From an uncultured virus (IMG/VR IMGVR_UViG_2710724122_000003) (taxonomy: Duplodnaviria > Heunggongvirae > Uroviricota > Caudoviricetes), in IMG/VR virus record IMGVR_UViG_2710724122_000003, positions 1-64,000 of that record: 64,000 nucleotides of DNA. One strand, given 5' to 3'. The notes beneath the pieces are model-generated. The model was not told where the DNA came from. It did no database searches and saw only the letters and a program-made list of their open reading frames with translations. Shown here piece after piece: positions 49,569 to 59,986 of this stretch (the stretch's first letter is position 1; each line of letters opens with the position of its first letter). Made by a program: the position numbers and the translations under genes.

Positions 49569-49679
49569 TTATTCTGTATTAAACAACATTTCAATATATG
49601 AATCAATTGTTTGTTCATCGTTATTAGATAATTCAGCAGCTTGCAATAAAAATTCCTTTAAAACCTCATCTCTTGTCAT
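49569..49679 (-). CDS. aimX: aimX-like small ORF MTRDEVLKEFLLQAAELSNNDEQTIDSYIEMLFNTE (not in ORF track)
   Basis: GGAGG RBS; downstream of aimP hairpin; convergent on the repressor. Confidence 0.6.
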   Translation of the reverse strand: MTRDEVLKEFLLQAAELSNNDEQTIDSYIEMLFNTE

Positions 49680-49778
49680 CCCCGACATCCTCCAATAGCT
49701 TTATAGTGGTTTGTGAATATTTCACAATTTTTTCTTGAATATTAAATCCGATATTTAGGAAATATCCCTAGAAACAGC

Positions 49779-49812
49779 GAATGCGATTGCCTCTATTGAG
49801 ACAATCGCATTC
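49779..49812 (-). terminator. Hairpin after aimP
   Basis: GAATGCGATTG...CAATCGCATTC inverted repeat. Confidence 0.65.
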
Positions 49813-49847
49813 ATAATATTTATATCGTAACCTTTGGGAACAGGATA

Positions 49848-50006
49848 TTAGCCCATTCCGCCTCCAGGATCAACCATCATTCTATACGTATTTTCCTGAA
49901 CAACCTTTGCTGTTTGCGCTGGCTGTTCTTTCTGCTCTTTAGCAGGAGTTATGTATAGTACTCCGACTAAGGCAACTGTTGCTACTATAGCTAACACTTT
50001 TTTCAT
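49848..50006 (-). CDS. aimP: Arbitrium propeptide AimP MKKVLAIVATVALVGVLYITPAKEQKEQPAQTAKVVQENTYRMMVDPGGGMG (not in ORF track)
   Basis: ATGA overlap with aimR stop; signal peptide; C-terminal MMxDPGGG motif. Confidence 0.88.
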   Translation of the reverse strand: MKKVLAIVATVALVGVLYITPAKEQKEQPAQTAKVVQENTYRMMVDPGGGMG

Positions 50007-51232
50007 TTAGCATCACCCTTATACATTATACCAATTTTATTAAATTCTACCAACATCCTTCTAGGTAATTTGCTATAAAACCTATTACCTGCACACTCGA
50101 AATCTACTAACGATTCTTTTAATAAATCAATGTCTTTCAACGCATATCCTAATATACATTTTTTCATAGGACTCAACTTCTCATCTTTTCTTTCAGTTTC
50201 CTTTAAAAGTTTCACCGCCACATCAGAATGACCGATTAACACTTGATAAAAAGCTTCTTCACATACGTTATATATTTCAATTTCCTCCAGTCCTTTATTA
50301 TAGACAAGCTTAATAAAAGCAAAAGTATTCATAACATTTTCTTTTCTTTTAATCGCTCTCTCAAAATGGCATGCACCTAACATTTCTAACGATTTATTGA
50401 TGTACCAAGAAGCTCTTTCATAACTTTCGAAAGTATAAGATTCTGCGAGGTATACCAAAGCTGACACCCTTAAAAGAGAAAAACAATTTTTTTCATCTTT
50501 TAAATTCATAATTTCATGACACAATTCTCTTGATCTATCAACATTATCTTGCATTAAATAGGCGTAAGATAAGCCTTCTTTAATTCTTCCCGCATATGCT
50601 GTTCTAATAAAAGCATCTTGAATTTCTTCGACTTTAGGCAGTAATACTTCAGCGTATTCGAATAATGAATTGAATTTCTCTAAATCATACATCGTATAAA
50701 AAGTTAGTATTCCGTATAAAACCTTCATTTCTTGTGTCTTAATTACCTTACTTTTCTTACGATCTTCTAATTTCTCTAATAAATTTTTACCACTAACGAC
50801 ACCTTTACTTCGCATCCATACCAATTCGTATACATAAGCCCATTCTCTATTCATCGCCAACGAGGACGTTTTTTCTATATCTACAATTAATTTTAATAAT
50901 TCTAAGTCACCTGTTGAATTTGCATATTCCATTGCAATTCTCAAATTTTGTTTGCTCTTTGTAACCGAGCAAAACTTATGTATCATCTCTTTTTTCTTTA
51001 AAACATTGTCATCGTACAAGATATTAAGCAACTTAATCATATTCCAAAAATTAAATTGACTTTTACCTGATAAGTTTTTCGAGAGTGCCCCTCCTGAAAT
51101 ACCTAATTCTTTTGCGATGTCTTCTTGATTCCTTCTTTGAAAATCAATTTCATCGATAATGCTACTTAAGAATTTCATTAATGCTTTTCTTTTTAACTCT
51201 TCTTTTTTTTGTATAAGTGTCTGATCCATCAA
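50003..51232 (-). CDS. aimR: AimR family arbitrium peptide receptor
   Basis: N-terminal HTH, TPR-like helical body (NREWAYVY, GNRFYSKLP), followed by propeptide gene. Confidence 0.9.
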   Translation of the reverse strand: MMDQTLIQKKEELKRKALMKFLSSIIDEIDFQRRNQEDIAKELGISGGALSKNLSGKSQFNFWNMIKLLNILYDDNVLKKKEMIHKFCSVTKSKQNLRIAMEYANSTGDLELLKLIVDIEKTSSLAMNREWAYVYELVWMRSKGVVSGKNLLEKLEDRKKSKVIKTQEMKVLYGILTFYTMYDLEKFNSLFEYAEVLLPKVEEIQDAFIRTAYAGRIKEGLSYAYLMQDNVDRSRELCHEIMNLKDEKNCFSLLRVSALVYLAESYTFESYERASWYINKSLEMLGACHFERAIKRKENVMNTFAFIKLVYNKGLEEIEIYNVCEEAFYQVLIGHSDVAVKLLKETERKDEKLSPMKKCILGYALKDIDLLKESLVDFECAGNRFYSKLPRRMLVEFNKIGIMYKGDAK

Positions 51233-51339
51233 ATTTGCTCCTTTTGGAACAAAGACGCTTCGCTATTTTCCTCAAATTATAAACAGGAAATTCATACCAC
51301 AGTAATGCTTTAGTAATATCGGCATGTTATAATGTAATT

Positions 51340-51452
51340 GTTACTCATGAAGTGACCGAAAAGAGACTTATGGCAGATGTTCCCCTGGTGAGTCGGGCGA
51401 ACGGTGTAAGAGTGGTGCGAACACTACTTACACACGCTGTGAGTCTTTTTTT
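51340..51452 (+). ncRNA. Putative sRNA antisense to the aimR leader
   Basis: TGnTATAAT at 51325-51333; inner hairpin GTGTAAG..CTTACAC; outer AAGAGACTTA/TGAGTCTTTT stem with T-run. Confidence 0.5.
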
Positions 51453-51687
51453 CGTTCCGTTTATTTTATTATTTTCATAATATCATATTTTTGCCAAAAT
51501 TCAGTCGTGTGGTTATCAGAAAAATGTTGAGAAAGTTTGAATATATCTTTATATCAATACTTTCTCACGCTTTACTGAAAAAATATGCAATCGGGCATCT
51601 TTCTGTATGAATTGCCTAATGCATATTTTACCGTATTAAACACGGGAACTTATGAAGACCTTGATGAACGGCAGCGAGGTCCTTTTA

Positions 51688-52195
51688 CTAAGCAAGTTTC
51701 ATTGTACTTGAACAAGTTACAAAACAAAAAAGATAGTAAATGATCTCTTTGTTTTCAAACTTTAAATTAACTAACAGGGGCATTCGTTCCACAAAAGTTT
51801 GCAATTTCCTATAATGTTTGGAATGCTTATATAGCAAAAAAAGCTCAATTTCTCTATTTAAATACCGATAAATTGAACTTTTCAATTGTATAACCACCTG
51901 ATTTTTGTGAACTTCCATTTCTCTAGTCCTACTTCATAAGAAGTAAACGTAAAAATAGAACATCTTCTTCAAATTGCTTATAGAATCGTGCTAGGGCACT
52001 TATGAGGAAGTGTAATTATATAACCCTCTGAATTTCCCACATAATTCTCACAGAAATAATTGTGATAGTTTGCTACCCAACCATATTTGTCTAGAAGTTT
52101 GGAATCATCTTTATATTCTTCTAATTTCTCCTCTACAACTTGTTTATGTTGAGCTAAACGTGAACGCAAATGGTTTGCTCCGGACTGGAGCAGTA
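51688..52195 (-). pseudogene. Fragments of at least two decayed genes
   Basis: Short start-less or truncated ORFs (KYGWVANYHN C-terminal fragment; MEVHKN fragment). Confidence 0.45.
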
Positions 52196-52217
52196 CAGAT
52201 AAATAGTTAACAAACTA

Positions 52218-52346
52218 ATGTCCATCACTATCTTTTTCAACGGAAGCAAATAAAGGTGTGTATGCTTTGTTATTAGGCTCTGGAGTATCCTATTCAGCTA
52301 ATATTCCTACTAACCGGGGAATACTTACAGAAAGTTATATCCTTTA
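52218..52346 (+). pseudogene. N-terminal remnant of a SIR2-domain gene
   Basis: Frame reads SLSFSTEANKGVYALLLGSGVSYSANIPT (GxGxS..IP motif), ending at the gajB stop. Confidence 0.7.
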
Positions 52347-54140
52347 AACACTTTCCATTTTAACGGCATAGGCCTTATCTACAAATTGAACATGTTGTTG
52401 TAAATGCATGTAGTTGTTTTCTTGAATGGAAGGAGCCCATACACATAATAACTTTCTAGCTCTAGAAAACGCTACATAACCTACACGTGCTTCTTCTATT
52501 TCTCCATTTTTTCCAAGCCACTCCTTAAGCTGAGATTCGTATTCAGCCATTACCAATACACATTCCGCTTCTTGACCTTTTGCATCATGAATGTTTAAAA
52601 CAGAGCCTTCACTTTCAGAAAAGTGCCCTTGTAGCTCTACTTGCTCTACGAGATGTGATAACATGGTATTCTTTGATGCTTTAACTTGATTCTTCCATTT
52701 GTAATTAAGCATATTTAGTTTTTTCCCTATAGATTTACCATACAGTTTTTTTGATTCTTCCATCAGAAATTTTTTCAGTACTACAAACAGCTCTTCCACC
52801 GATGTTTCTGTTAATACCAGGTTATCTAAAAACTGAAGCGTAAAGATCTGCAATTTCTTCCACATAAACATACTATATCCAATTTCAACTAATGCAATAT
52901 AATTGGGGTGTTCATTAAAAAATAAATAGCTGAAGGCTTCACTCATTCTTTCAACAGCTCTGTCAAATTCATTTCTCCGCTTATATGAGATAGCCAATAT
53001 GAGATTTTGCAAAATTTGAAAGCGACGATAATGCTCTTTTGCTAATTTCTTAAAAAAAGGGCTTACTTCCACTTCTTGTTTTTTTAAAAGATTATTTATA
53101 TTTTTCACATAATCATTCCGTCTAGCTAGAATCATAAATGGCTTCTTTTGTTCCTCACATTCTATATCTGTACAAATACTTTGAAACAATTGAATAGCCT
53201 CTGAAGCCTCTTTAATATCTTTTATAAATATCACCTTTTGCTTTCTTGTAGCATTGTTACCAGCTCCAGTCTGCTCAATTTCTGTTTTATAATTAGCAAA
53301 CTGGACAATGTGTTGCGTACTCCGAAAATTGTTGGTTAACATATAGTTTCTTTGACTCTCATTGTTCCACTTTGCTTGAAATATTTCTGGCTTTGCTCCT
53401 GTAAAGCTATAAATTGATTGATTTGTATCCCCGACGCAAAAGAACGAAGAATGTTCTAGCAAAGAAAATAACTTCTCTTGATAATAAGTAACATCTTGAT
53501 ACTCATCTACAAGAATATATTTAAAGCGGGAACTAAATGCATTTCGAATATGACCATACTTTTTTAAAATAAGATAAGAAAGATAAATCACATCTTGTTG
53601 ATCTATGTACCCTTTATTTTTAATAAAGCTCTTCCAGGTCAATGCATCTGAAGAAGAAATCTTATTTCTATAGCAATAAGGATTTCCCTTTTCATCACGG
53701 CCCAGGCTCTCGAACGCTTTAAATATACTCTCATTAATATGATAATGGGGGCGTCCTAACATATTTGCAATATAATCTTTATATCCCCTAGCAAAGCCCA
53801 CAGAAGCAAGTTTATATGGTATCCCTTCCTTATGCTTAAAGTGTGAATAGGGTTTAATCACATGCTCCAATAAAAATGAATGAATTGTTCCTATAAACAG
53901 CTCATTAGGTAGCTGCACTCCTTCATTTTGTAGTCGCATCATGATTTCTTCTTTAGCCGCATTGGTATAAGTAATACAAGCAATCCCGGACAAAGCATTT
54001 ATGCGATTTTCAATTATATATTTTAACCGCTCTATCAATAACGTCGTTTTACCACTTCCAGGTCCAGCTTGTACAGTAATTGAATCAGTATGAGGAGCAC
54101 ATGCTATACTTTTCCGGAAATCATCATTATCAACCATCAA
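52344..54140 (-). CDS. gajB: Gabija GajB, UvrD-like helicase
   Basis: AGPGSGKT, DEYQD, GDTNQSIY, NFRS, HDAKGQE, YVAFSRA. Confidence 0.88.
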   Translation of the reverse strand: MMVDNDDFRKSIACAPHTDSITVQAGPGSGKTTLLIERLKYIIENRINALSGIACITYTNAAKEEIMMRLQNEGVQLPNELFIGTIHSFLLEHVIKPYSHFKHKEGIPYKLASVGFARGYKDYIANMLGRPHYHINESIFKAFESLGRDEKGNPYCYRNKISSSDALTWKSFIKNKGYIDQQDVIYLSYLILKKYGHIRNAFSSRFKYILVDEYQDVTYYQEKLFSLLEHSSFFCVGDTNQSIYSFTGAKPEIFQAKWNNESQRNYMLTNNFRSTQHIVQFANYKTEIEQTGAGNNATRKQKVIFIKDIKEASEAIQLFQSICTDIECEEQKKPFMILARRNDYVKNINNLLKKQEVEVSPFFKKLAKEHYRRFQILQNLILAISYKRRNEFDRAVERMSEAFSYLFFNEHPNYIALVEIGYSMFMWKKLQIFTLQFLDNLVLTETSVEELFVVLKKFLMEESKKLYGKSIGKKLNMLNYKWKNQVKASKNTMLSHLVEQVELQGHFSESEGSVLNIHDAKGQEAECVLVMAEYESQLKEWLGKNGEIEEARVGYVAFSRARKLLCVWAPSIQENNYMHLQQHVQFVDKAYAVKMESV

Positions 54141-56010
54141 ATCTTACCTCCTCTTCATTCGTAAGAAAACTAAATACCTGCTTGATATATGCTGGAATAT
54201 GAAGAACTTTCCCTTTATTCAATTCATCTAATATGAACTGAGAGAATTGCCCCTTCTCCTTTGAAATAACTTCATAGGCTTCTTTTGCAAATTCGTGCCC
54301 GTCCAAAGTAACAATTCTTTCCCTTTCTGCTTTTGTTCCAATATCGTATGTTTGAATTAATTCACGAAAGAAAGATACATTATTCTCCATCATCAAATCA
54401 TATTCAAATGTTTTAAGATTACTAGATATATAAATATTAGAGGATGTGCTAAAATCATTAATTAAACCAGCTGTTCTTGAACAGACTGGAAACTGACCAA
54501 ATTTCGTAGGATAAACTGCCTCTTTTACAACCTTATCGTCACTTCCAATCACTTCATCCCCATGCATGTCTATTACAGGAACAGATTCTGGATCACTATC
54601 AGTCAAAACAGCACACTTCATATCTAATCCCTTTGATCCAAATAACTGTAAAAACGGTCTAAATGCTACACCATCTACTGAAATAATAGATATCCCTTCA
54701 CTTTCTAATGTTGTATCTTCTCCCGCGTATCCCTTTTGTAGCATAGAGAAAAATTTCGGTATTAATAGACGTTCTGCAATTCCTTCTACTAATAAGACCC
54801 TTCTACCAAAGAAAATATCAGATTTGGTAGCATCTAACCATCTTTCTAAATACCGTTTATAATCTCTTTCCTCTTTTTTATTGGTATCAAAAATTGTTCC
54901 AATACGTTTAGATAATGTCTTATTGTTCCCCTTATAAAACACTACTAAACTATCCAGTTCTGCATGAGAACTAACGTGTGAAGAATGGGTTGTCATAATA
55001 ACCTGGCCCACGACTTTCTGATTAAAGAAATAATTAGCTAAGAACTTTTGTAAATGACTATGCAGATGAGCTTCCGGTTCCTCAACAATTAAAAGTGGAA
55101 ACACATAGTCATGATTTTGATTTCGCTTTTCCTTAATGGCTGTATATTGAGTAAGTAAAAGGCTAATATACAGCAAATTATTATAACCAAGGCCATTCAT
55201 ATCAACAGAATGTACTCTGTCTTCATTTGAACCGATTAGAACCTTTAAATCTTTCAATAAAGCGTCATAGTCACTTTCTCCCATTTGGATTTTTACTTGC
55301 TGTCTCATAGTTCCTGTAATTTTTCTAAGGTGTTCATTGATATCACTCTGTACCTTCTGAATTTCTCTACCTTGCATAATTTGCTCATTAAGCTCATCAA
55401 TTTTCCCTGAAATCTTATGAAGCTCCTCTTCCCCAAGATCGAAATTTTTTAGGATTCTCTGCAATTGACCAGAGGACTTTTTTAATTCAGCATTTGCATC
55501 TCTAAGAGCCCCTACATACTCGACTCCAAACTTGGATAGCATATTAAAATCAAAGGTGTCTAATGTTTCACGCTCCCCACCATAAATTATCCACTCATAC
55601 TCATGAAGGGGTAGCTGAATTTTGCTAATAGGGGTAGCATCAAGAGGAGCTGAAACCGAAATATTTGCCTTTGGTTTGTACTTGTAGGTAAGTTTTGCCT
55701 CTCCTGGATTCCTTGTTAGCCATCTACTTGTAATAGCAAGATCGTTTTCTGTTTCGATTCCTTTTAAAGTTGCCTCAATTGTAATCTCTGGCCAGTTCCC
55801 TTGAATATTGAGTCCACTCCAAAAATCCTCTTGTTGTAATGTTCTTTTTCGTAATGAGTAATTACTATTAAAGATAAGACTCAATGCCTCTAAAAAATTG
55901 GATTTCCCCGCATTATTTTCTCCAATGATTATAGATAAGCCTTCATTCAAGCTTACATTAAACTCTGAAAAGCTTCTGTAATTCAAAATTTTCACATCAG
56001 ATATATACAT
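54130..56010 (-). CDS. gajA: Gabija GajA, OLD-family ABC-ATPase/TOPRIM nuclease
   Basis: GENNAGKS, EEPEAHLH, TTHS, VEGIAE, DSD. Confidence 0.88.
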   Translation of the reverse strand: MYISDVKILNYRSFSEFNVSLNEGLSIIIGENNAGKSNFLEALSLIFNSNYSLRKRTLQQEDFWSGLNIQGNWPEITIEATLKGIETENDLAITSRWLTRNPGEAKLTYKYKPKANISVSAPLDATPISKIQLPLHEYEWIIYGGERETLDTFDFNMLSKFGVEYVGALRDANAELKKSSGQLQRILKNFDLGEEELHKISGKIDELNEQIMQGREIQKVQSDINEHLRKITGTMRQQVKIQMGESDYDALLKDLKVLIGSNEDRVHSVDMNGLGYNNLLYISLLLTQYTAIKEKRNQNHDYVFPLLIVEEPEAHLHSHLQKFLANYFFNQKVVGQVIMTTHSSHVSSHAELDSLVVFYKGNNKTLSKRIGTIFDTNKKEERDYKRYLERWLDATKSDIFFGRRVLLVEGIAERLLIPKFFSMLQKGYAGEDTTLESEGISIISVDGVAFRPFLQLFGSKGLDMKCAVLTDSDPESVPVIDMHGDEVIGSDDKVVKEAVYPTKFGQFPVCSRTAGLINDFSTSSNIYISSNLKTFEYDLMMENNVSFFRELIQTYDIGTKAERERIVTLDGHEFAKEAYEVISKEKGQFSQFILDELNKGKVLHIPAYIKQVFSFLTNEEEVRFDG

Positions 56011-56360
56011 AAAATACCTCCATATTTATGATGATGTTCCAAATAATTCTATTATAGAAGGTATGGTATAGTATATAAACAAATAAACTAACACAAGATT
56101 TAAGAATTATACCTAATATGCTAAGAATGTAAATTATCCCTGTCCAATACAATAAATTGTATTCAAGTTAATATTTTATTAATAAAATTTATTATTTAAA
56201 TGGTCATCAACAAAGACATACTGTGTCCCTATTTCATTGTAAGTGGAGATTATCCCCTTCTTCTAGAAGCTTATAATTTTATCAAATATGACGAATAAGC
56301 CAGTTGGCTCTCTTTTTTTGTTACTTGATTGCAAAAATGATAACATAGACTTAGAAAGGA

Positions 56361-57629
56361 GTGATGATTATGAATCATAGTTTCAAAAAAAAATGTAAAG
56401 TTTGTGAAACTCCATATTTAATAAAATATCAAGTTGGTTATGTACCAGAAAACCATTTTTCTTTCGAGTGCCCAACTTGTGGAGTAATGATTGAAGGAAC
56501 GATTAATGTAGATAATAAAAGTGTTAGAATAGGTTGGAATTTCGATAATTTAATAGATTTCACTGGAAATATTTCAGAATCTAAAGAAGGTTACTGTATG
56601 CAACTAACCGGTGAATTCTATGATGAGAAACTCTCTTCTCTTAAGGATTATTTTCCTTTTACCCCAAGCCCTTTTATGAGAAACCTTGGTCCTCATATAG
56701 AAAAAATGAATGGGTTAGCGGTTTACTTGGCTGAAGATATTCAACAAGATGTCAACAATCATAAAAATCTTGTCAATTTAGTACTTAGTAACAAGAATAA
56801 TGTTAAATATGTTTATTCAGAACTAAAGAGATTAACTAGGAATTTAAATATACCTGAAGAAAAATTTGCTACTGATTACAATATAAACAGATATTCTATA
56901 TTGTTCTCGGCAATTGTAAATAGTATTAGCCCTTTATTAAAGCTAAATGAGAAAAAGTTCCAGGTAGATGATATTAAAAATAATCTTTATAAAATGTATG
57001 AGGATAATATTGAATTTCAAAAAGTTAAAGACTTATTTCAAGATAAATTACCTAGCCTGATTAATTCTTTAATTAACGCTTTTTATTCTTCAATAAGTAT
57101 TATTCCTAATATTGTTCCTATAATTACTTCCGAAACGTTCAACCATAAGAAGATTGAAAAAATAAAGGAGGATTATGGTCTAAGCACAGCTAACTATAAG
57201 ACTCTACTGCAAAATTATGCTGAAAACTATGAAATACTTGGGAAAATAATTCCTTTAATAGTTGTTATTGATAATATCATTAACAGAAAAGACATTAATA
57301 AATTTTCAGACAATACTAATTCACTAGAAAATTTTTTAAATAAACCAATTGGATTTCAAATCCAATACTTAAAAAAAATATCTTCAGGTGTTTCCAGATA
57401 CAATGACCTATCTATTCTAAATAATAAAATACGAAATGCTATAAATCATGCCTCAGTGGAATATGAGTCTATTAGTCAAAAATTAATTTTTAAAGATAAA
57501 AAAATCACAACAGAAAAATATTTAATTGAATTTGCTGAGGAAAACTACGTGATGTTATACCTTCAATTATATTGCCTATTCATCGTTTGTTCACTGGCTA
57601 AGAAGTTTTCAAAAGTAGATGCTACTTAA
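56361..57629 (+). CDS. Zn-ribbon plus HEPN-like protein, putative defence nuclease
   Basis: CKVC...CPTC N-terminus; C-terminal RNAINH (R-X4-H). Confidence 0.7.
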   Translation: MMIMNHSFKKKCKVCETPYLIKYQVGYVPENHFSFECPTCGVMIEGTINVDNKSVRIGWNFDNLIDFTGNISESKEGYCMQLTGEFYDEKLSSLKDYFPFTPSPFMRNLGPHIEKMNGLAVYLAEDIQQDVNNHKNLVNLVLSNKNNVKYVYSELKRLTRNLNIPEEKFATDYNINRYSILFSAIVNSISPLLKLNEKKFQVDDIKNNLYKMYEDNIEFQKVKDLFQDKLPSLINSLINAFYSSISIIPNIVPIITSETFNHKKIEKIKEDYGLSTANYKTLLQNYAENYEILGKIIPLIVVIDNIINRKDINKFSDNTNSLENFLNKPIGFQIQYLKKISSGVSRYNDLSILNNKIRNAINHASVEYESISQKLIFKDKKITTEKYLIEFAEENYVMLYLQLYCLFIVCSLAKKFSKVDAT

Positions 57630-57769
57630 TAAAAAAAGAGATACGTATCTCTTTTTTTATTTTTATTCAACAAAATATGACCAAATCGTTGTAACCAGAA
57701 TCATTACATGAGTTCAGGAAATCTTACATTTCGAAGGGATAAACAATAAAATTCACTTTATTTAGAATA

Positions 57770-58010
57770 TCTAACAGACAAATTAAAGAATCACTAGATA
57801 AGTTACAAACGAAGGCTGAGTCTTTGGAGACTGTAAAAGAGATTCAGGATAAGATCATCTCAACGAAAGATAGTCAAATATGATTTTTAAATGATTAAAT
57901 AGCTAATATATAAACGTCAACTTAATTTGCTAAAAAGAACACAAGAAACAATAAAAAATCAATAGACCTAAATATCTTAATGTTAGATGACGCAGAAGCA
58001 ACTTAATTTA
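57770..58010 (+). pseudogene. Decayed coding remnant
   Basis: Coding-like frame broken by several stop codons. Confidence 0.35.
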
Positions 58011-58528
58011 ACAACTATTTTTTCTTGTAGCAGAACTAGAATCAAATAGGTTAGAAAAGCACCTTAGGATATTTTTTCACTTTCTTTTGAACGCCATACT
58101 AAATATTAACTATATTTGCAAGTCGAATTCTATATTGATTACTAAAAAATAATCTCATATTAATTTTAATTTAATTAAAAATCCAGAAAACAAATCATAT
58201 TCTGGACCTAATTAGAAATGAATCCCATCTAAAGCAACTTTCAAGTTTGTAAATATATATTTTCAAAAAAATTTATATATTTTAATCGTGCGGTTATTTA
58301 TATCTATTTAAAATATACTTAAATTTCTTCCGATTTTATTATAATATATATATATAAATTATTAACTGCTAGGTAATAAAAGACATTTTTTTGATAATGA
58401 ATAAAATTTTATCCGAATAGGAAAATATGTTATTCAAAGGGTTACCAACATAATTATTTCACTGAAATTGTCTCTAACTATTACATTTTATCATGCGGTT
58501 ACATAAAAATAAGGGGAGATTTTTAGGG

Positions 58529-59719
58529 ATGCCTTCGGATAAAGAATTCAAAGCTGTCGTGGATCAATTACGTTTATTAAGAGATCGGAATTTGACTATT
58601 CAAGATTTAAAAAATGCAAAACAACAACTTCATGAAAAAAATTATTTTAATTTAATAAATGGTTTTGAAACCCTTTTATTAGATAACCCTAAAGGTACAT
58701 CTAAATACTATACTAATGTTTTCTTTGACGACTTTTTAAATCTTTATAAACTTGATAATCAACTTTCAAGTTTAATATTCCAAAAAATTTCGGAACTTGA
58801 AAACAAATTAAAGACTTCTATATCTTATCATTTTAGTAAAAATCATTGCTCTACTTTATGTGATAATAATAAATACATTGAACTTACTAGTTATTCTCTT
58901 CCTAAAAGAACAGATGGACCTAAAGAATATACTAAACATTTTAATAAACATAAACTTTTTAAAAAAAACGCTTATTTTGAAGGCATTTTTAGTGGCGATT
59001 TTTCTGGACAAGTGACTTATGATTCCGCCCGTGGTGGGAAAACTATACTCGAAGGAACATTTACAGGCAGATTTGGATCTACATCAATAAATACAGTCCA
59101 AGGTAAGTGCACTTTTTTTAATTCGAATCAAGCATCATTAGTAACACTTATTCGTTCACTTGCCCCTTCATCAGGAACATCTATTACTACAACAATAACC
59201 ATTAGGGATGAAAGAATATATGGTTTAAATTATATCGATGAATGCAAAACTAGATTTCCATTTATAAATGAATATAATAACCCTCCATTTTGGGTTGTTA
59301 TTAAAACCCTAATGTTTAATGATTTAATTCTTTTACTTTATGGACTAAAGAAACGTACTTTTGATGCTATTTTAAGGGATTTTAACCTAAAACCCATAGA
59401 CAAAAAGAAATTTCTAAATTCTTTGCAAATCATTAGAGAATTACGTAATACGTGTGCACATTTCGAATTGGTTAATCGTTTCAGAACATCAAGTTCTTTA
59501 AAAATTAATCAGCATTTAATTTCCGAATTAGGTCTTACACCTATGAGAGCAAATAAATTCGTCCTTAAGTTATATGATGTTTTAAAAATCTTAAAACAAT
59601 ACATTGATTTAACGGAAATTAAATTATTATTATGGAAATATCGTTATGAAGAAAAGCGTGATATTGCAATTTCTTTATTAGATAGAATGGGAAACTCTAA
59701 TATTTTTTACTGGATATAA
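58529..59719 (+). CDS. Abi_2 (AbiD/AbiF) family HEPN protein with internal insertion
   Basis: NYFNLINGF, LYKLD..L..IF..I..LE..LK, PPFWVVI, RNTCAH. Confidence 0.85.
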   Translation: MPSDKEFKAVVDQLRLLRDRNLTIQDLKNAKQQLHEKNYFNLINGFETLLLDNPKGTSKYYTNVFFDDFLNLYKLDNQLSSLIFQKISELENKLKTSISYHFSKNHCSTLCDNNKYIELTSYSLPKRTDGPKEYTKHFNKHKLFKKNAYFEGIFSGDFSGQVTYDSARGGKTILEGTFTGRFGSTSINTVQGKCTFFNSNQASLVTLIRSLAPSSGTSITTTITIRDERIYGLNYIDECKTRFPFINEYNNPPFWVVIKTLMFNDLILLLYGLKKRTFDAILRDFNLKPIDKKKFLNSLQIIRELRNTCAHFELVNRFRTSSSLKINQHLISELGLTPMRANKFVLKLYDVLKILKQYIDLTEIKLLLWKYRYEEKRDIAISLLDRMGNSNIFYWI

Positions 59720-59770
59720 ATTAAACATTAAGTTATTGACCTTTTTTCGTATATATGTTATATTTATTTC

Positions 59771-59861
59771 ATAAAATAACGTATAGCCAAGACGGCGTGT
59801 CAAGCTATCGCAGCTTGCTAAAAGTCCAAAAAAACACTATTCATTAGAATAGTGTTTTTTT
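59771..59861 (+). ncRNA. Putative antitoxin RNA downstream of the AbiF-like gene
   Basis: TTGACC-17-TATATT promoter (59736-59764, with TG), CAAGCT..AGCTTG hairpin, terminator 59828-59861. Confidence 0.6.
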
Positions 59862-59986
59862 GTTACATTTTATTAAACATTAAGTTCACAGCTTTTTCAA
59901 ATTCATCATTTTCAAAAATAAATTAATTCATTTTCTTAATAATAAATTATACAACTTTATTTCAAACTAACATTTTTATTAAAATT

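Noticed and set aside
49238..49618. 126-aa ORF antisense to the repressor
   Set aside because: Shadow of cI with no RBS; the 36-aa ORF at 49569-49679 has the RBS
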